A stretch of DNA of 64,000 bases from Octopus sinensis (taxonomy: Eukaryota). Each line of letters begins with the position of its first letter. Within the stretch, counting starts at the first letter, position 1. A program made the position numbers and the translations under genes. The notes beneath the pieces were generated by a model, which ran no database searches, was not told the DNA's origin, and was given only the letters and a program-made list of their open reading frames with translations. Shown piece after piece: positions 38,038-50,732 of the stretch. The stretch covers positions 102,920,001-102,984,000 of the forward strand of contig NC_042998.1 of NCBI RefSeq assembly GCF_006345805.1, given 5' to 3'.

Positions 38038-39480
38038 CATTACTCAGTTTTATTTCAAGATTTCTTGCTAATAGAGAAAGAGCCGGTTTCTAACCTAGAT
38101 CCAAGGTTCCTTCATTCGAATTTCAACATCAACAACAGGGTATGTATGTATGTATGTATGTATGTAGGTATGTATGTATGTATGTATGTATGTATGTATG
38201 TATGTATGTATGTATGTATGCATGTAAATATTTGTGCAGATTTTGTTTTATGTATGTATTCTCATATATATACTTGCATATCCAGATATGCTTATATATA
38301 TATTTAAATTATAAACTTCTGGAAAGTTTTACAGATTTTTACAGTTCCAGTGATGGATTGGATCTGCAGTCTTCGAATAAGCTTTCTCCTTTCTGGCTTT
38401 GAGAAGCTCACTTCCTCAAGATTGGTATTTAAACAATAGGTTACACATCCCAGGGATCCAATTATTACAGGTATAAACCTCAACTTGTAATCTGGATTGA
38501 GTAACTTCAGATTCCTCAGTAGTTCAGCGTAGGTATTCACTTTTTCACTTATCTTCAGCTTTATGTTAACATCGGCTGGGCAGCTAATTTCCACAAATGT
38601 ACAAACTTTCTCTTCTCTCTCGCTAATCAGCATATCAGGTCTGTTGAGCTTAGATTTCATTGAGGTTTATGCTGGGACATTCCACCAATACTCCTTAATA
38701 TGAGTGGCTATGGCATGGTTTCCTTAGAGATTATCCCAGCTACATTATGTCCCATTGGTAGATAAAAAAGTGATGACATTTTCGGACAGCTACTTATGAT
38801 ATGGGCGATATCATCGATGCTAAATCCACAAAGTAAGCGTCAGTTCTCGCATTTTACGACTTTTCCTGCATCTCTATCCCTTTTCTGCACCAGGTATTTG
38901 GTTGATATTTCCTGTTCCTGGGTTGCAAACGCGTGCCCTTCAAAGACGGAGGTAATAATCCAGTTATTGGTCCATGATAGACTGCTTTGATGATCAATGT
39001 TACTTTCACCTCGGAGCTTTCTAGTAACACATCTATGCATAGTTTTCTGCTCATATTTGCTCCTCCTTTCATCTGAGATACGTTGCGGCAGAGTCGTGCG
39101 ACTTCTTTGGACGTGTATTTAAGGTTATCAGTCAAGGAATGTTGCTCAATGAACTGCTTTCCATGTCTTATGATGTTATCAGCTTCATGTATGCAAGCTT
39201 AGTCAAGGGACACACATCGACACTTGATGGTTAAAAGATGTTGCCGAAGGGATATAATACAACATTCAAAGGCATTTTGGATCAATGTTAAGCCTTTGCT
39301 GCTTTGTTTTTGTCTTAGGTAGAGGCGGTCTACATCACTGTTTATGTGGAAATTATGCATGCTTGTTAGTAGATTTCGGGTTTTAACATCAAGCGTCCCA
39401 TCCAGCAGCCCACATATTGGTGTGATTACTGCCTCTGCAAACACATCATGGGCCACTGTTTTATAGAATGCAGAGAGTTC
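38038..39480 (-). mobile_element. Decayed R4-clade (RLE) non-LTR retrotransposon, family 2 (RT C-terminus, CCHC, RLE, 3' UTR)
   Basis: HINSDVDRLY (post-RT), FATQEQEISTKY, HIISSCP (CCHC), NRPDMLI...FVEISCPAD...EKVNTYAEL...IPVIIGSLG...ICKTFQKFII*. 3' UTR 38038-38303. Confidence 0.88.
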
Positions 39481-40025
39481 TGAGGTCCAAATTTTCTTTA
39501 TTTAGCTGTAATATTCTTTAGTAACAGGTGTTTTGCTATAGGTGCCATTGTAAGATATGTTTTCAACCACCCCTAGATATATGTATGTATGTATATATGT
39601 ATGTATGTATGGATGTATGTGTGTTGTGTGAGTGTGTGTGCGTGTGTGTGTGTGTGTGTGTGTGCTTCTATTGTGACTTTTTCGGGGGGACCATCAAAAG
39701 GTATAAGGGAAACAATCGACCCAATGCTCATTTAAAGCCTATATTTTTTGCTACCAAATTCTTTTGCTAACCCTAACCATAAACAATACAAAACCGATTG
39801 TAAGGCAGTGAGGCTGACAAGTGAAAATACAAAGACGTGCATGCACGCTCACACACTTTTGACCGGTGTCCACTCATATTCTCTGTATAAACTCACGTAG
39901 ATGGCATTGATTTGCCAAGGGATATGGCAAAAATATTTGCATTAGGTGCCGTAAACTAAGACTAATACTGAAATCACGTGGTTGCGAATCTAAATTTTAA
40001 ACTATATAGTCACTTCAGCTGCTGG

Positions 40026-40118
40026 ACATACATACATACATACATACATACATACATACATACATACATACATACATACATACATACATACATACGTACA
40101 TACATACATACATACATA
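40026..40118. repeat. (CATA)n microsatellite
   Basis: Direct reading. Confidence 0.95.
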
Positions 40119-40329
40119 GTCAGCATAGTCTGTCGTTTACGAAACACAATTTCCAGAATTAGTTACAGAGTAATCATCAGATTTTTAAAAATATGCTAGG
40201 CCACTGGTCTTAATAGATTAATAACAATTTCTACCCTTATTTAATTTTAAATAAAAAAATGTTCTCTAGCCACGACTGGGTTCTTATGCTTGTGTGGCAT
40301 GGTGCAGACTCCTGTTGCCATATATACAT

Positions 40330-40578
40330 ATATTCTTTTCTTTTCTAGTTTCAGCTCAGAGCTGTGGCCATACTGATGCATATATATATATGTGTGTGTG
40401 TGTGTATGTGTGTGTGTGTGTGTGTACTACGGGCTACTTTCATGTTCCGCAGGAAAAATTCACTCACAAGGCTTTGATCGGCCCTAGGCTATAACAGTAG
40501 ATACTTGCCCTTGGCTCCATGCAGTGAGACGGAACCCGAAACATTGTGGTAGAGAAGCAAATGTCTTACCACACAGCT
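40330..40578 (-). mobile_element. SINE family A variant (short, internally deleted)
   Basis: Minus head gaagctgtgtggtaagacatttgc, core gggccgatcaaagccttgtgagtg, tail ggccacagctctgagctgaaactagaaaag. Confidence 0.8.
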
Positions 40579-40865
40579 TCATATAAACAGTAACATATAA
40601 ACATTAAAAACTAAGTTGCAACTCCTAAGTTAGAGTGGGTTTAAAGATATAATAAATGGAAACTAATAAGTATGTGGACGGTATTTTCTAGGTATTACCG
40701 ATTATTATAATTACCACAATCATTATCACCATCATTATCATCAACATTTGCAACATTAGATCAAGAAACGTACGAGTAGAATTGAAAGCGATAAACCAGA
40801 AGTATCTTTTGAAATAAAACGTAACTACAATCATTCCGGACATTCAAATACATTCATAATTTTAT

Positions 40866-40935
40866 GTTCATGTAGTTCATAGTGTCGTTTACGTAGTTCA
40901 TAGTGTCGTTTCATGTAGTTCATAGTGTCGTTTAC
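40866..40935. repeat. Short tandem repeat (gtagttcatagtgtcgttt+2-3 nt) x3
   Basis: Direct reading. Confidence 0.85.
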
Positions 40936-41129
40936 GAAACACAATTTCCAGAATTAGATACGGAGTAATCTTCGGATTTTTTAAAATATGCTAGGCCACT
41001 GGTCTTAATAGATTAATGACAATTTCTACCCTTATTTAATTTTAAATAAAAAAATGTTCTCTAGCCACGACTGGGTTTTTATGCTTGTGTGGCATGGTGC
41101 AAACTCTTGTTGCAAATAGTCAAGATTAT

Positions 41130-41312
41130 CATTTTTTTTGTCTCCTTCTTTCTCTCCTTGATTGTTTTTTCTGTATCCGTTTCTGCAGAAGAGCGTAGGC
41201 TCGAAACGTTAAAGATTTTTTCAATTTCCTGAGCGTTATACTAATACATATGTTTGTTTTATACACCACCTGTCTTCGTCTTTTGTTTTGTTTTCGTGAA
41301 CTCTCCCTATAT
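41130..41312 (+). mobile_element. Penelope-type terminal repeat fragment with hammerhead-like motif
   Basis: ctgcagaagagcgtaggctcgaaacgtt followed by a T-rich tail ending in (TA)n. Class inferred from the motif. Confidence 0.45.
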
Positions 41313-41811
41313 ATATATATATATATGTCTGCTTGAACATGATTTTTTATTTGGAGAGAAATATGTTCTGTCGAATCTTACCTCATATATTTGTCTGTAT
41401 GTGTGTGTGTTTGTGTGTACAGAATAGTAAGAAATTATTTTTACGAAGAGCTCGCATTCAATTATATTTATTGGTATATTCTTCGAGATATTGTAGACTG
41501 TGTCTCGTGAGATATTTTTAGTGTATGTATGAATGAATCAATGTTTGTTTGTATGTATCTATGCCTTCACAAAGATAGGTGTTCGTATACGTATCATAAT
41601 GCGTGTATGAGAATGTGTGTGTATATCTTCCACAGACGAAAGCGATGTATGGTACAGGTGTGTATACTTTCATGAATATGCATACTTTTAGATAAAAACG
41701 CTTGAATTCGTATGTTTATATATGAGTATTTATGCATGTGTGCGCGGCTGTGTTCGCAATATAAAACTCTAAGGAGACAGCAGGTCCCGGAAAATTTCTG
41801 ACGTATCTGCA

Positions 41812-41855
<44 letters not shown>

Positions 41856-42260
41856 ATTGAATATATTCAACTGTTGTTGATTTTTTAGTCTGTCTTTGTA
41901 TATCAAGGTGATTGATGGTGTTTACTAAGGCTAAGACTCTCTCTTACAATGTAAATGCAATTATAAACAAGCCCTTTCTCCAGAGAGCTGTCATTCTCTA
42001 TCCTATTTCTAGCACAACATAAAGTTACTGACAAGTCACATATATATATTAGGTTCATAAAAAGCGATATTCTGTTCATAATAATGGATCAAGTTTTAAC
42101 AACATGCTAACATATGAAATATCAGATGATATTTTACAAAGAGAAGTTCATAGGAGATCTGAAACAATTTAATGGATTAGTTTTTTCTTGTATACAACAT
42201 ATTAGATATAGCTAAATTTGAAGTTTCTTTTTGCATTGATACATGGATACACACACACAT

Positions 42261-42313
<53 letters not shown>

Positions 42314-44707
42314 TATACATATATTTGCGCCTACATATACGTGTGTGTGTGCGTGCATGCGTGTATGTGTGTGTATATATGTATATGTATACGTGTGTAT
42401 GTATATATAAGAATATGTATATACAGAGAATGTCTTTTAACACTCGCCTTTATCACTCACAATACGTTTAACTGCACACACAAATATGTGATTTTGAAAA
42501 TGTTTAGATTATTGAGCTGCATCTAATGCATAATTTGAATTATTCTAATTACGTGACACAAATCATATATATATTATATATACTTCAGGAAACGATTTCG
42601 ATTTAATTTCCAAAACGATGCGATTTTGCGGCATTCATAAGCAGCAAGATGTTGCGTAAAACCGATATCTTCCGCCGCTCTCGTTCAAGGGAAGCGATTT
42701 TGTTTCGACCTACACTTTCGTATTTTGACACAGCATCTTAAAAAGAATTGTTCCCAGACGAAAAGCCGCGGGTCCTGGTGTTTAAGAACCTGTACGTTAA
42801 GAAATATATTGATAATATTTACATTATTGAGCTGCCTCTAACACTTAATATGAATAACTTACATATGTTTTGGCCATTATTAGTTGAGACCGTGTCTATC
42901 TTAATAGCAACACCTGTCGCAGATCTTTAAGAACACGTTAGCCCACGCAACAGGGTGTTTTTTTTCTCCAAAATATATGCATGTCTTGTGGGTTTTCTCC
43001 GGTATTTTCTGAAGGAATCTGTCCACGTACTTTCTTTTTAGTTTAGGTGTATTTTTCATCTTTATTTATTTCGGAATAATATTTAACAAATCAGGAATGC
43101 TAGAGGTAAAAACAAATATATCAAGCAATACTGCTATGTAATGTGAACTCGATTATTGTGGAGAATTATGTTTCTGGGGACAAGCGTTTAATGTCTCGTG
43201 AACTTGATACTAGTATCGTTCGATCAGGCTTGAAGGAATATTTTCTTCATTGTGCAAATAATGTCGTGCTCACGGTGACGTTAGAAAGAATAGATTTTAA
43301 GCTTGTTGATGCAAGTCAAATAATCATGGTTATCATGTCATTCAGTATTTCTCAGATGAATATCTGGGGGGGTTTCAATGCTTGTTTTATGCACAGAAAC
43401 CACAGTGAGCAGCAGCATTCAAGGAAAATAACCTGGAAAATTTAGGTAAGAGAAGAATAATGGTTATAGATTCTCTGAACTGGAATGCATTAAGGATCTG
43501 TATGCGTTTCAGCTTAGTTTGTTGTTCAAATTTACGACTAATTTTCTTATGATGCGACAAGAAGCGTAACCAGAGACTAGTATATGGCTGCTTAAATTTC
43601 ATCTTCAAATCTTCAAAGTGAGACGAGAGCAATGGTGAAATTTTGCAGATAGACTATTTCATATTCGTAAGTTTTATTTTCTTTTCATTAATTCTTTTTA
43701 TTTAATAAAATCTGTTTTTTAAAGTTTTGTAATGCTTTCATGTTCTTATCAGCTGATGGAAATTGCGTGTTCCGATATTTCGGCAATAGAATATTCCGAT
43801 TGGCTAAAATTTCAAAATTCAAAAGCATCTACTATTTTTATTATGAATTTTTCAGAGAAGGCCCATTATTTTTGTCCCTAACATACAAAATAACATCAGT
43901 ACAGAAAATTTGGGAAACTTTTGACGACAGAAAAGATTTTATAAAAATTATCTGACGGCTTCAAAATACGACCCAATACCGAAAAGAATACTTTCTCACA
44001 TGTTCTTGTTTAAGTGCTAAAAGTTGTCAAGTATCTTTTGCATGGTGATAGCAGTTTTATTTCAGTAATATGGTCTTTTCCCTTGGGCAAGTATGTCCAA
44101 CTTTTCTGTAGAAAACTTTTGTATCCAATATATTGTGACCTATGACAGCATCATCTCCTTTTAAGCACGATTGTAACATGACGTATATATATGTGTGTAT
44201 ATATTAACAAAAATAAAAAGAAAATGGAGATTTACGATTGCCATATTTTATTAAAATAATATTATATAATTATTATAATATAATATAAATATAAATATTA
44301 TAATCCTACAGTTGTTTCGATTCAAACCCAATAATAAATTTATAAAACTTCACGTTTTAATAAAAATTCATTTCTCATCAGGGAAATAATTTACGAAAAT
44401 TACATATGAGGAGTTTTAGATCCTAGAACAGGCAATAAATATTTATGAATATATGTATGTATACCTTTATATTTATACATGTAACTATTCATTCTAGAAC
44501 GAATCAGCTGATTTCTCACAAAGGAACAAAGCACCATCACTGGTAATTGGATGAGAGGAATAACGAATTTTTAAATGTCGGGCATATCTTTACTATTTCA
44601 TTTATTGATTACATTTGTAAAATTCGTGTCTGTCGCTCTCTTTGCTTGAAAATCCTAGCTTTCCCAGATTGACACAACTAAGTAGAATTGTAATTGAATA
44701 TTCAGAA

Positions 44708-44970
44708 AGACGAATCTGTAATTATTACTAATCAACCTGCACAAATAATTTGACTCTGGGGGTAAATGCTTGTGCTGTACATTAGCTCACTCCCTCCATT
44801 AAATCGACATTACTTGTACAGGTGTGCCGTGTGCCACACGTCAGTTATAGGAGTGATCCCAGATCAACGTAAGATGAAACGTTTTGCTGTAAAGCATAAC
44901 TCCTCATCTGGTCTGGGAATCGAATCTACAATTTTGATCGGAACACCCTAACCACTAAGCTGCATGTCAT
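44708..44970 (-). mobile_element. tRNA-derived SINE family D
   Basis: Minus head gcagcttagtggttagggtgttcc...gattcgattccc; body matches 30951-31215. Confidence 0.75.
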
Positions 44971-45276
44971 CTAAACACGTACACCAAAGATTATTAGTAC
45001 AAATGGGAATCTATAATTAGGGTAGAGGAACTGCAGTTTTCGAAATAACAGTCCAAAACTATTTTCTTTCTTTCTGATTTTGATAAGATAAACTAACTTA
45101 TATGACAGTACATGACCTTCTTTTTTGCCCTAAATAACTATATCTTGTTATATGTACACTTGGTAGAATTTCTGACTAGGATGTTCCACAATAAATCAAT
45201 ACTTTCTTATGTTGTCAAGTGCAATATATTTTATGTTGATGTGAGATTATGTATGTATGCATGCATGTATGAATAC

Positions 45277-45742
45277 CATTATTGAATTATATTTCGAGAT
45301 TTCTTGCCAATAGAGGAAGAGTCAGTTTCTAACCTAGATCCAAGGCTCCTTTATTGGAATTTCGATATCAACAGAGTAATTTTGTATGCATGTATTCTCA
45401 TGCATATATTGCATATCTAAATATGCTCATACGCGTGCCTTAGTGGTTAGGGCATTCAGCTCACGATTGTAAGGTCGTGAGTTCGATTCCCGCGACGCGT
45501 TGTGTCCTTGAGCAAGACACTTTATTTCACGCTGCTCTAGTCCACTCAGCTGGCAAAAATGAGTTGTACCTGTATTTCAAAGGGCCGGCTTTGTCTCACT
45601 GAATATCCCTGAGAACTACGTTGTGGGTACGCGTGTCTGTGGATTGCTCAGTCACTTGCACGTTAATTTCAATTTAATAAGCAGGCTGTTCCATTGATCG
45701 TATCAGCTGGGACCCTCGTCCTCGTAACCGACGGAGTGCTCA

Positions 45743-45822
<80 letters not shown>

Positions 45823-46190
45823 TTCCGCTGAGCAGTTGATTTCCACAGTATGTAAGTATATGTGATGTGTATGTGTGTATATATGTAAATGTGCTTCTAT
45901 GCACTCCATAGCAGAGGCGTCGTTTATATCTATTGCAGAACAGTGCTTTCTGCGAAGAGCATTGTATATTGAATTACAAAAGTTTCATATGCAATGAGAG
46001 GTAATATCACGTTGATGTTGGAGGGCAGCTACCGATTGCATGTTTTATGTCTTCCATAGAATTGCGACTTAATCGACAATTGCAGATGCTTCGAGGGATT
46101 TTAAGAAACTTCGATATCCTGTTTGTTAATGAGATATCATGTGGCTATTTCCTGCTCTTGGATTGCAAACGCAAACTGTTTGAGCTGCAG
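45277..46190 (-). mobile_element. Fragmented second copy of R4-clade family 2, split by a SINE and microsatellites
   Basis: 45277-45430 matches the 3' UTR at 38038-38300; TVEINCSAENN (45820-45855) matches FVEISCPAD; FAFAIQEQEIAT and IYNALRRK at 45915-46190. Confidence 0.75.
45431..45740 (+). mobile_element. tRNA-derived SINE family C, full length
   Basis: gcgtgccttagtggttaggg (A box), gagttcgattccc (B box), tgtgtccttgagcaagacactttatttcac, tail gtaaccgacggagtgc. Confidence 0.92.
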
Positions 46191-46593
46191 GTATGTATCA
46201 TTATATGCATACATGTATATATATATGCATATATGCGTATGCGTTTGTGTGTGTGTCTGTGTGCGTGAGTATGTGCTTGCACGCGCACATTTGCGTATGC
46301 ATGCCTCTATTTGCAATTTGCGCGTGCGTCTTTTCATACCCAATATAATAATGATTTGCTACAACACTCAAAACACTAACCCCCAGAAGGTTTTTCGAAT
46401 CTCTAAATGCTCCCTATGACTACTCACACAGTCATTTCAGTGTTACATTTAATCTCTCTCCTGTTTAACCATGAGCATGTTCACCTAAAATTATATTCTC
46501 GCCACCATTCTTTGTCCCAGTAATAACCTTTTTCTATGCTTAACATTTAAATTTTTTATTACTACAATCTTCTCTTTAACATTAGACAATATT

Positions 46594-46811
46594 AAGGAAC
46601 CAAGCTGGCAGTATCATGACCCGCCTAAAAATTTAATTAGCGCCATTTCGTCTGTCTTTGCGTTCTGAGTTCAAATTCCACCGAGGTTGACTTTGCTTTT
46701 TATCCTCTCAGGGTCAATAAAATAAGTACCAGTTGAGTACTGGGGGTTGATGTAATCGACTTCTTACTTCCCTCGAAATTGCTGGTAAGCTGCGAAAATA
46801 GGAAACCAATA
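46594..46811 (+). mobile_element. SINE family B, tandem copy 1
   Basis: gcgttctgagttcaaattccaccgaggttgactttgc...aaaataagtaccagttgagtactggggg. Confidence 0.85.
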
Positions 46812-46823
46812 TAAGGCAATATT

Positions 46824-47038
46824 AAGGTGGCAAGCAATCAGAATGATTACCACGCAGAAAAAGTGCATGACAGCATTTTATCCGTCTTTGCGTTCCGAGT
46901 TCAAAGTTCGCCAAGGTCGACTTTATTTTCAATTATTTCGGGGCAATAAGATAAGTACCAGTCGAGTATTGAGATCAATGTAATTGATTTACCCTCTCGC
47001 TCGAACTTGCAAGCCTTTTGCCAAAATTTGAGACAATG
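46824..47038 (+). mobile_element. SINE family B, tandem copy 2
   Basis: gcgttccgagttcaaagttcgccaaggtcgacttt...ataagtaccagtcgagtattg. Confidence 0.85.
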
Positions 47039-47052
47039 CTAGTTGTTGCTAT

Positions 47053-47248
47053 GACGGCGAGCTGTTAAAATCGTTACAGCGCCAGAAAAAATGCTTTGCA
47101 CCATTTAGTCCATCTTTAGTCGACTTTGCCGTTCATACTTCGGGTTCGATAGAATAAGTACCAGTTGAACACTTGGGTGAATCGATGTAATCGATTTACT
47201 TACTCTACTGAAATTTCTGGTCTTGTGCCAAAATTTGAAACCAATATT
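47053..47248 (+). mobile_element. SINE family B, tandem copy 3
   Basis: gacggcgagctg head; gtcgactttgccgttcat...aataagtaccagttgaac; tail gccaaaatttgaaaccaatatt. Confidence 0.85.
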
Positions 47249-48442
47249 AGGCAGTGTTATTCATATATGTAAAACTAATTTTATCTTCCTGTGATGAATA
47301 ACCTACCGCTGGCGAAATTTCGAAATTACTGACTGAACGATTATATTGAAAAATTTTATAAAACAGAAAACTTGAAAGCCCCCAAAATTGCTCTTCGAAA
47401 ATTACAGCTTTCAATAAATATGATAAAGCTGTACAATAATACAGAGTAAGTAATATTTTTTTCCCCTTTCTGCTTGAAAATTTCCTTGTTAAGCCCAGAG
47501 GCGTGCGCGCACACACACACAAACATATACACACACACAGTTACAAAATGTACATACATGCATACATACATACATACAAATGAATGTAGCTGAATAAAAT
47601 AAGAGGGGATGAATGAAAATATAATATTTGCAGCAAGGCTAGTACATATATTTTTGCTTTTAATTTCATTTCGTGTGGATGGCTTCCGATGACACTGCGT
47701 GTTGTACGAGCTGTTAATTCTTTTGTGACTTTTCTATATTTTTCATAGTAATAATCAAGCTCTACACGTCAGTTAAGGGTTAAGTTACTTTAAATTCTGT
47801 CAATAACTTCTAAAGAAATAACTTACATTATTCAAATATCTTGCATTCAGCATTTAGCCACAAAATGTATTTGCAGATATACGTCATCCCGTATATAATA
47901 TATCTTCTAAACGATTTTCTCAGTGTCTTTCAACTCGAGAGTCTACTTATATGTATATGAATATGTGTAAATTCTGATTCAACTTCTCATACAATACATA
48001 TGTGGGAGCGTATGTATATATGTATCTGCGTATAAATGCATGCACACATATCAGTGTGTAATGCTGTAGTATGTGTGTATATATTCTTAGAGTGCAACGT
48101 TGTACGACATTTTGGTGTACTCTTAACTCCCACCAGAAACGTAGCAAGAGCCTCTATACTCATATAAATAGATAAATAAATAAATAAATAAATAGGTAGG
48201 TAGGTAGATAATTACATAGAATGAGAGAGAGAGAGAGAGAGATACATCCATGTTATCGTTTTGTTGTTTCAGTCAAGGAGCTGCGTCTCTGTAGGAGTAT
48301 CACTATCAAGGTTTTTTAAGCATACAAGCACATACACGCACACACACACACAGACAAACACACAAACATACACGCATACATACACACGCACATACCCACA
48401 CACATTCATATAATTACATGTATATATATGCATGTATTTATA

Positions 48443-48639
48443 GGGCGTTGTGAGTGTTTATTGAGCTCCACGACGCGCCAGCAGGGGGTGGTGGCGATCG
48501 CTGCTGTGCTCTTTCGCCACAACTTTCTATCACTCTTAGCCAGCGGGGGACGTCATTTGAAGGCTAAAACAATGCGATGCGCATAGTGGCCAGCGATGTG
48601 TAGCAACATCTGGTAGTTTTGTCGGTCACAGTGATCACG

Positions 48640-48643
<4 letters not shown>
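48443..48643 (+). mobile_element. SINE family E, 5'-truncated
   Basis: gggcgttgtgagtgtttattgag...gatgtgtagcaacatctg...gtcggtcacagtgatcacggtga matches 16026-16220 (reverse complement). Confidence 0.85.
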
Positions 48644-48692
<49 letters not shown>

Positions 48693-48916
48693 GTGTGTGT
48701 ATGTGTGTATGTGTGTGTGCGTGTGTGTGTGTTAAATAATATGAAACAACACAGCCAAGGGAATGTGAGATTTCTAAGAGTTATAAAGGGAAATTTAGTC
48801 TTACACCTGCAGTCCTTCCATAGCATTTACATAGTCTTATAGTCGTACTTGCCATTTTGGATCTTCTCGCTACCAAAACCTCTCATATATATATATATAT
48901 TATATATATATATAAT

Positions 48917-48960
<44 letters not shown>

Positions 48961-50094
48961 ATAATGGCATACTTGGAAGTCCAAATATACGAACACGCTA
49001 GATTAAAATTGGGGAAATCTTCAAAAATACTTACCAACTGGAAACACTACTTGGATGACTGTTTCATCCTTTGCCCACATAACATTGAATAACTCACAAA
49101 ATGTAAAAACTTAATCAACAGCATTAACGACAGTATCCAATTCACTATGGAATACAACCACCAACAACTACCCTTCTTGAGCAGCTTAATAATAGAGAGA
49201 TACTGCCGTTGAAACCGAAATCTTCAAACCAACAGATTCAACACAATATCTCCTATTCTCCTCTAGTCACACAAAACATGCTAAAGTAAATATACCGTTC
49301 AACTTAGCGAAAAGAATTTGCACGATTGCATCAAATCCCGAAACCCGAGAAAAGCGACTCCAGGAACTTAAAACCTCATTAATAGATAGGAAATTCCCGG
49401 TCAGTTTAATCAAAAATGATATATAACGTGCAAAAATGATAGACATCCAAGAGTTACGGAAAACAAGAAAACATCATGACATACTTAAAACTTTATCTTA
49501 CGTATCAACACACAATCCAAGAAACCAGGAAGCATACAACATCATCCACCAAAATATACCCATCCTTATGAAGGACCCACGAATGAAAAAGGCACTAGAA
49601 ACACATAGGATTATTAAAAGCAAGAGACAACAGCAATTTCTAAAAAATTACTCACCAGCGCCAAATTACCCACCAAAAATACAAACCCACAAGTCAAAAA
49701 ATGCAACCGCCCTAACTGCGGAACTTGCATCTTTCTCTTAGAAGGCTCAACATGCAAATTTAAGTCAGGCCTAAATTTACCATAAAACATGACTTCCCCT
49801 TCTTCGAAGAACTTAATCTATGTTCTTAAATGTGGAGGTTGTGGTGGAGACTACATTGGTCAAGCAAGCTTAACTTTGAGGGATAGACTTACGGTGCATA
49901 GACAACAAATCCGGGACCCCACAACTAGGAAAATTCCCTTTAGCCAGCACCTAGACCAATGCCCCGTAGACAAAAACCCTTAATACCAAATCTTCCCTCT
50001 CTATCAATGCACTGGAAACACTTCCACCCAATTCCATTTAAATAAGGAAAATACACTGATTAAAAAATACAAACCACAGCTAAATATCCTTTAG
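48961..50094 (+). pseudogene. Penelope-like element pol remnant (RT C-terminal half, linker, GIY-YIG), Neptune-like
   Basis: WKHYLDDCFI (RT catalytic), IQFTME...LPFL, KPTDSTQYL...H...IPFNLAKRI (thumb), KKCNRPNCGTC linker, SKNLIYVLKCGGCGGDYIGQ..L.DRL..H.QQI, E.TLIKKYKPQLN. Several stops and frameshifts; starts in (TA)n. Confidence 0.92.
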
Positions 50095-50732
50095 AATGAA
50101 GAAAAAAGCAGTATAAAGAAGAGAAAAAAACACTCAATTTCAATACAAAAAAACAATGAAATTTTAGTAACAATCTTCCACCTGCGTTTCGAAACCGCAG
50201 CTCCAAATCACCACACAAACACATGATGCTGACGTCACCCACCTCCAGTCCAATGAAATTCCACAAACACCGGTTGCTGATGTCACATAATTCCAAATCA
50301 ATTAAAACCGAACTTCGGCGAATACAACGAAAAGACTCTTTGAGAGAACCAACCAACCGGAACGACCTATAACCGTATCCGCAAGGAAACCAACCAAGCA
50401 GAACGACAAGCTTGACCACGGAGAAAAAAAAAACCTCATGAATTTTTTAACGAATCAAAATCGGATCCGCTCGCAGAAAAAAAAAATTATAAATACATCT
50501 TTCCCTAAACATACCATTACAAGCGAAAGCGACTATTTAAAGAAGTTCTGAGAAACCGTAAACCTAATTTCCTTTTCTTACTATTTTAATTCTCACACTT
50601 GTTTTTTTTTTTTTTGTTTGTTTTTTTCAGCATGACTTGTCGCCCACCACTGAAATTAATGAACATTGTACATTCTAACAAATTAATATACAGTTTTCAT
50701 TTCAAATTTACATCTTATGTTTTGAACATGAT

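Larger units (their letters stand above)
40131..41113 (+). repeat. Pair of 188-bp direct repeats (40131-40318, 40926-41113)
   Basis: tgtcgtttacgaaacacaatttccagaattag...ggcatggtgca.actc.tgttgc present twice, about 95% identical. Confidence 0.92.

Noticed and set aside
39766-39780. ctaaccctaacc telomere-like motif
   Set aside because: Only two units; not an interstitial telomeric array.
43740-43955. 'DGNCVFR' as an OTU deubiquitinase catalytic motif
   Set aside because: Downstream sequence does not follow the OTU pattern and no catalytic His region is visible; a short motif match is expected by chance.
45431-45500. tRNA-like sequences (also 16220-16286, 30148-30215, 34407-34470)
   Set aside because: A/B boxes continue into shared SINE bodies and no complete cloverleaf is evident; these are SINE heads, not tRNA genes.
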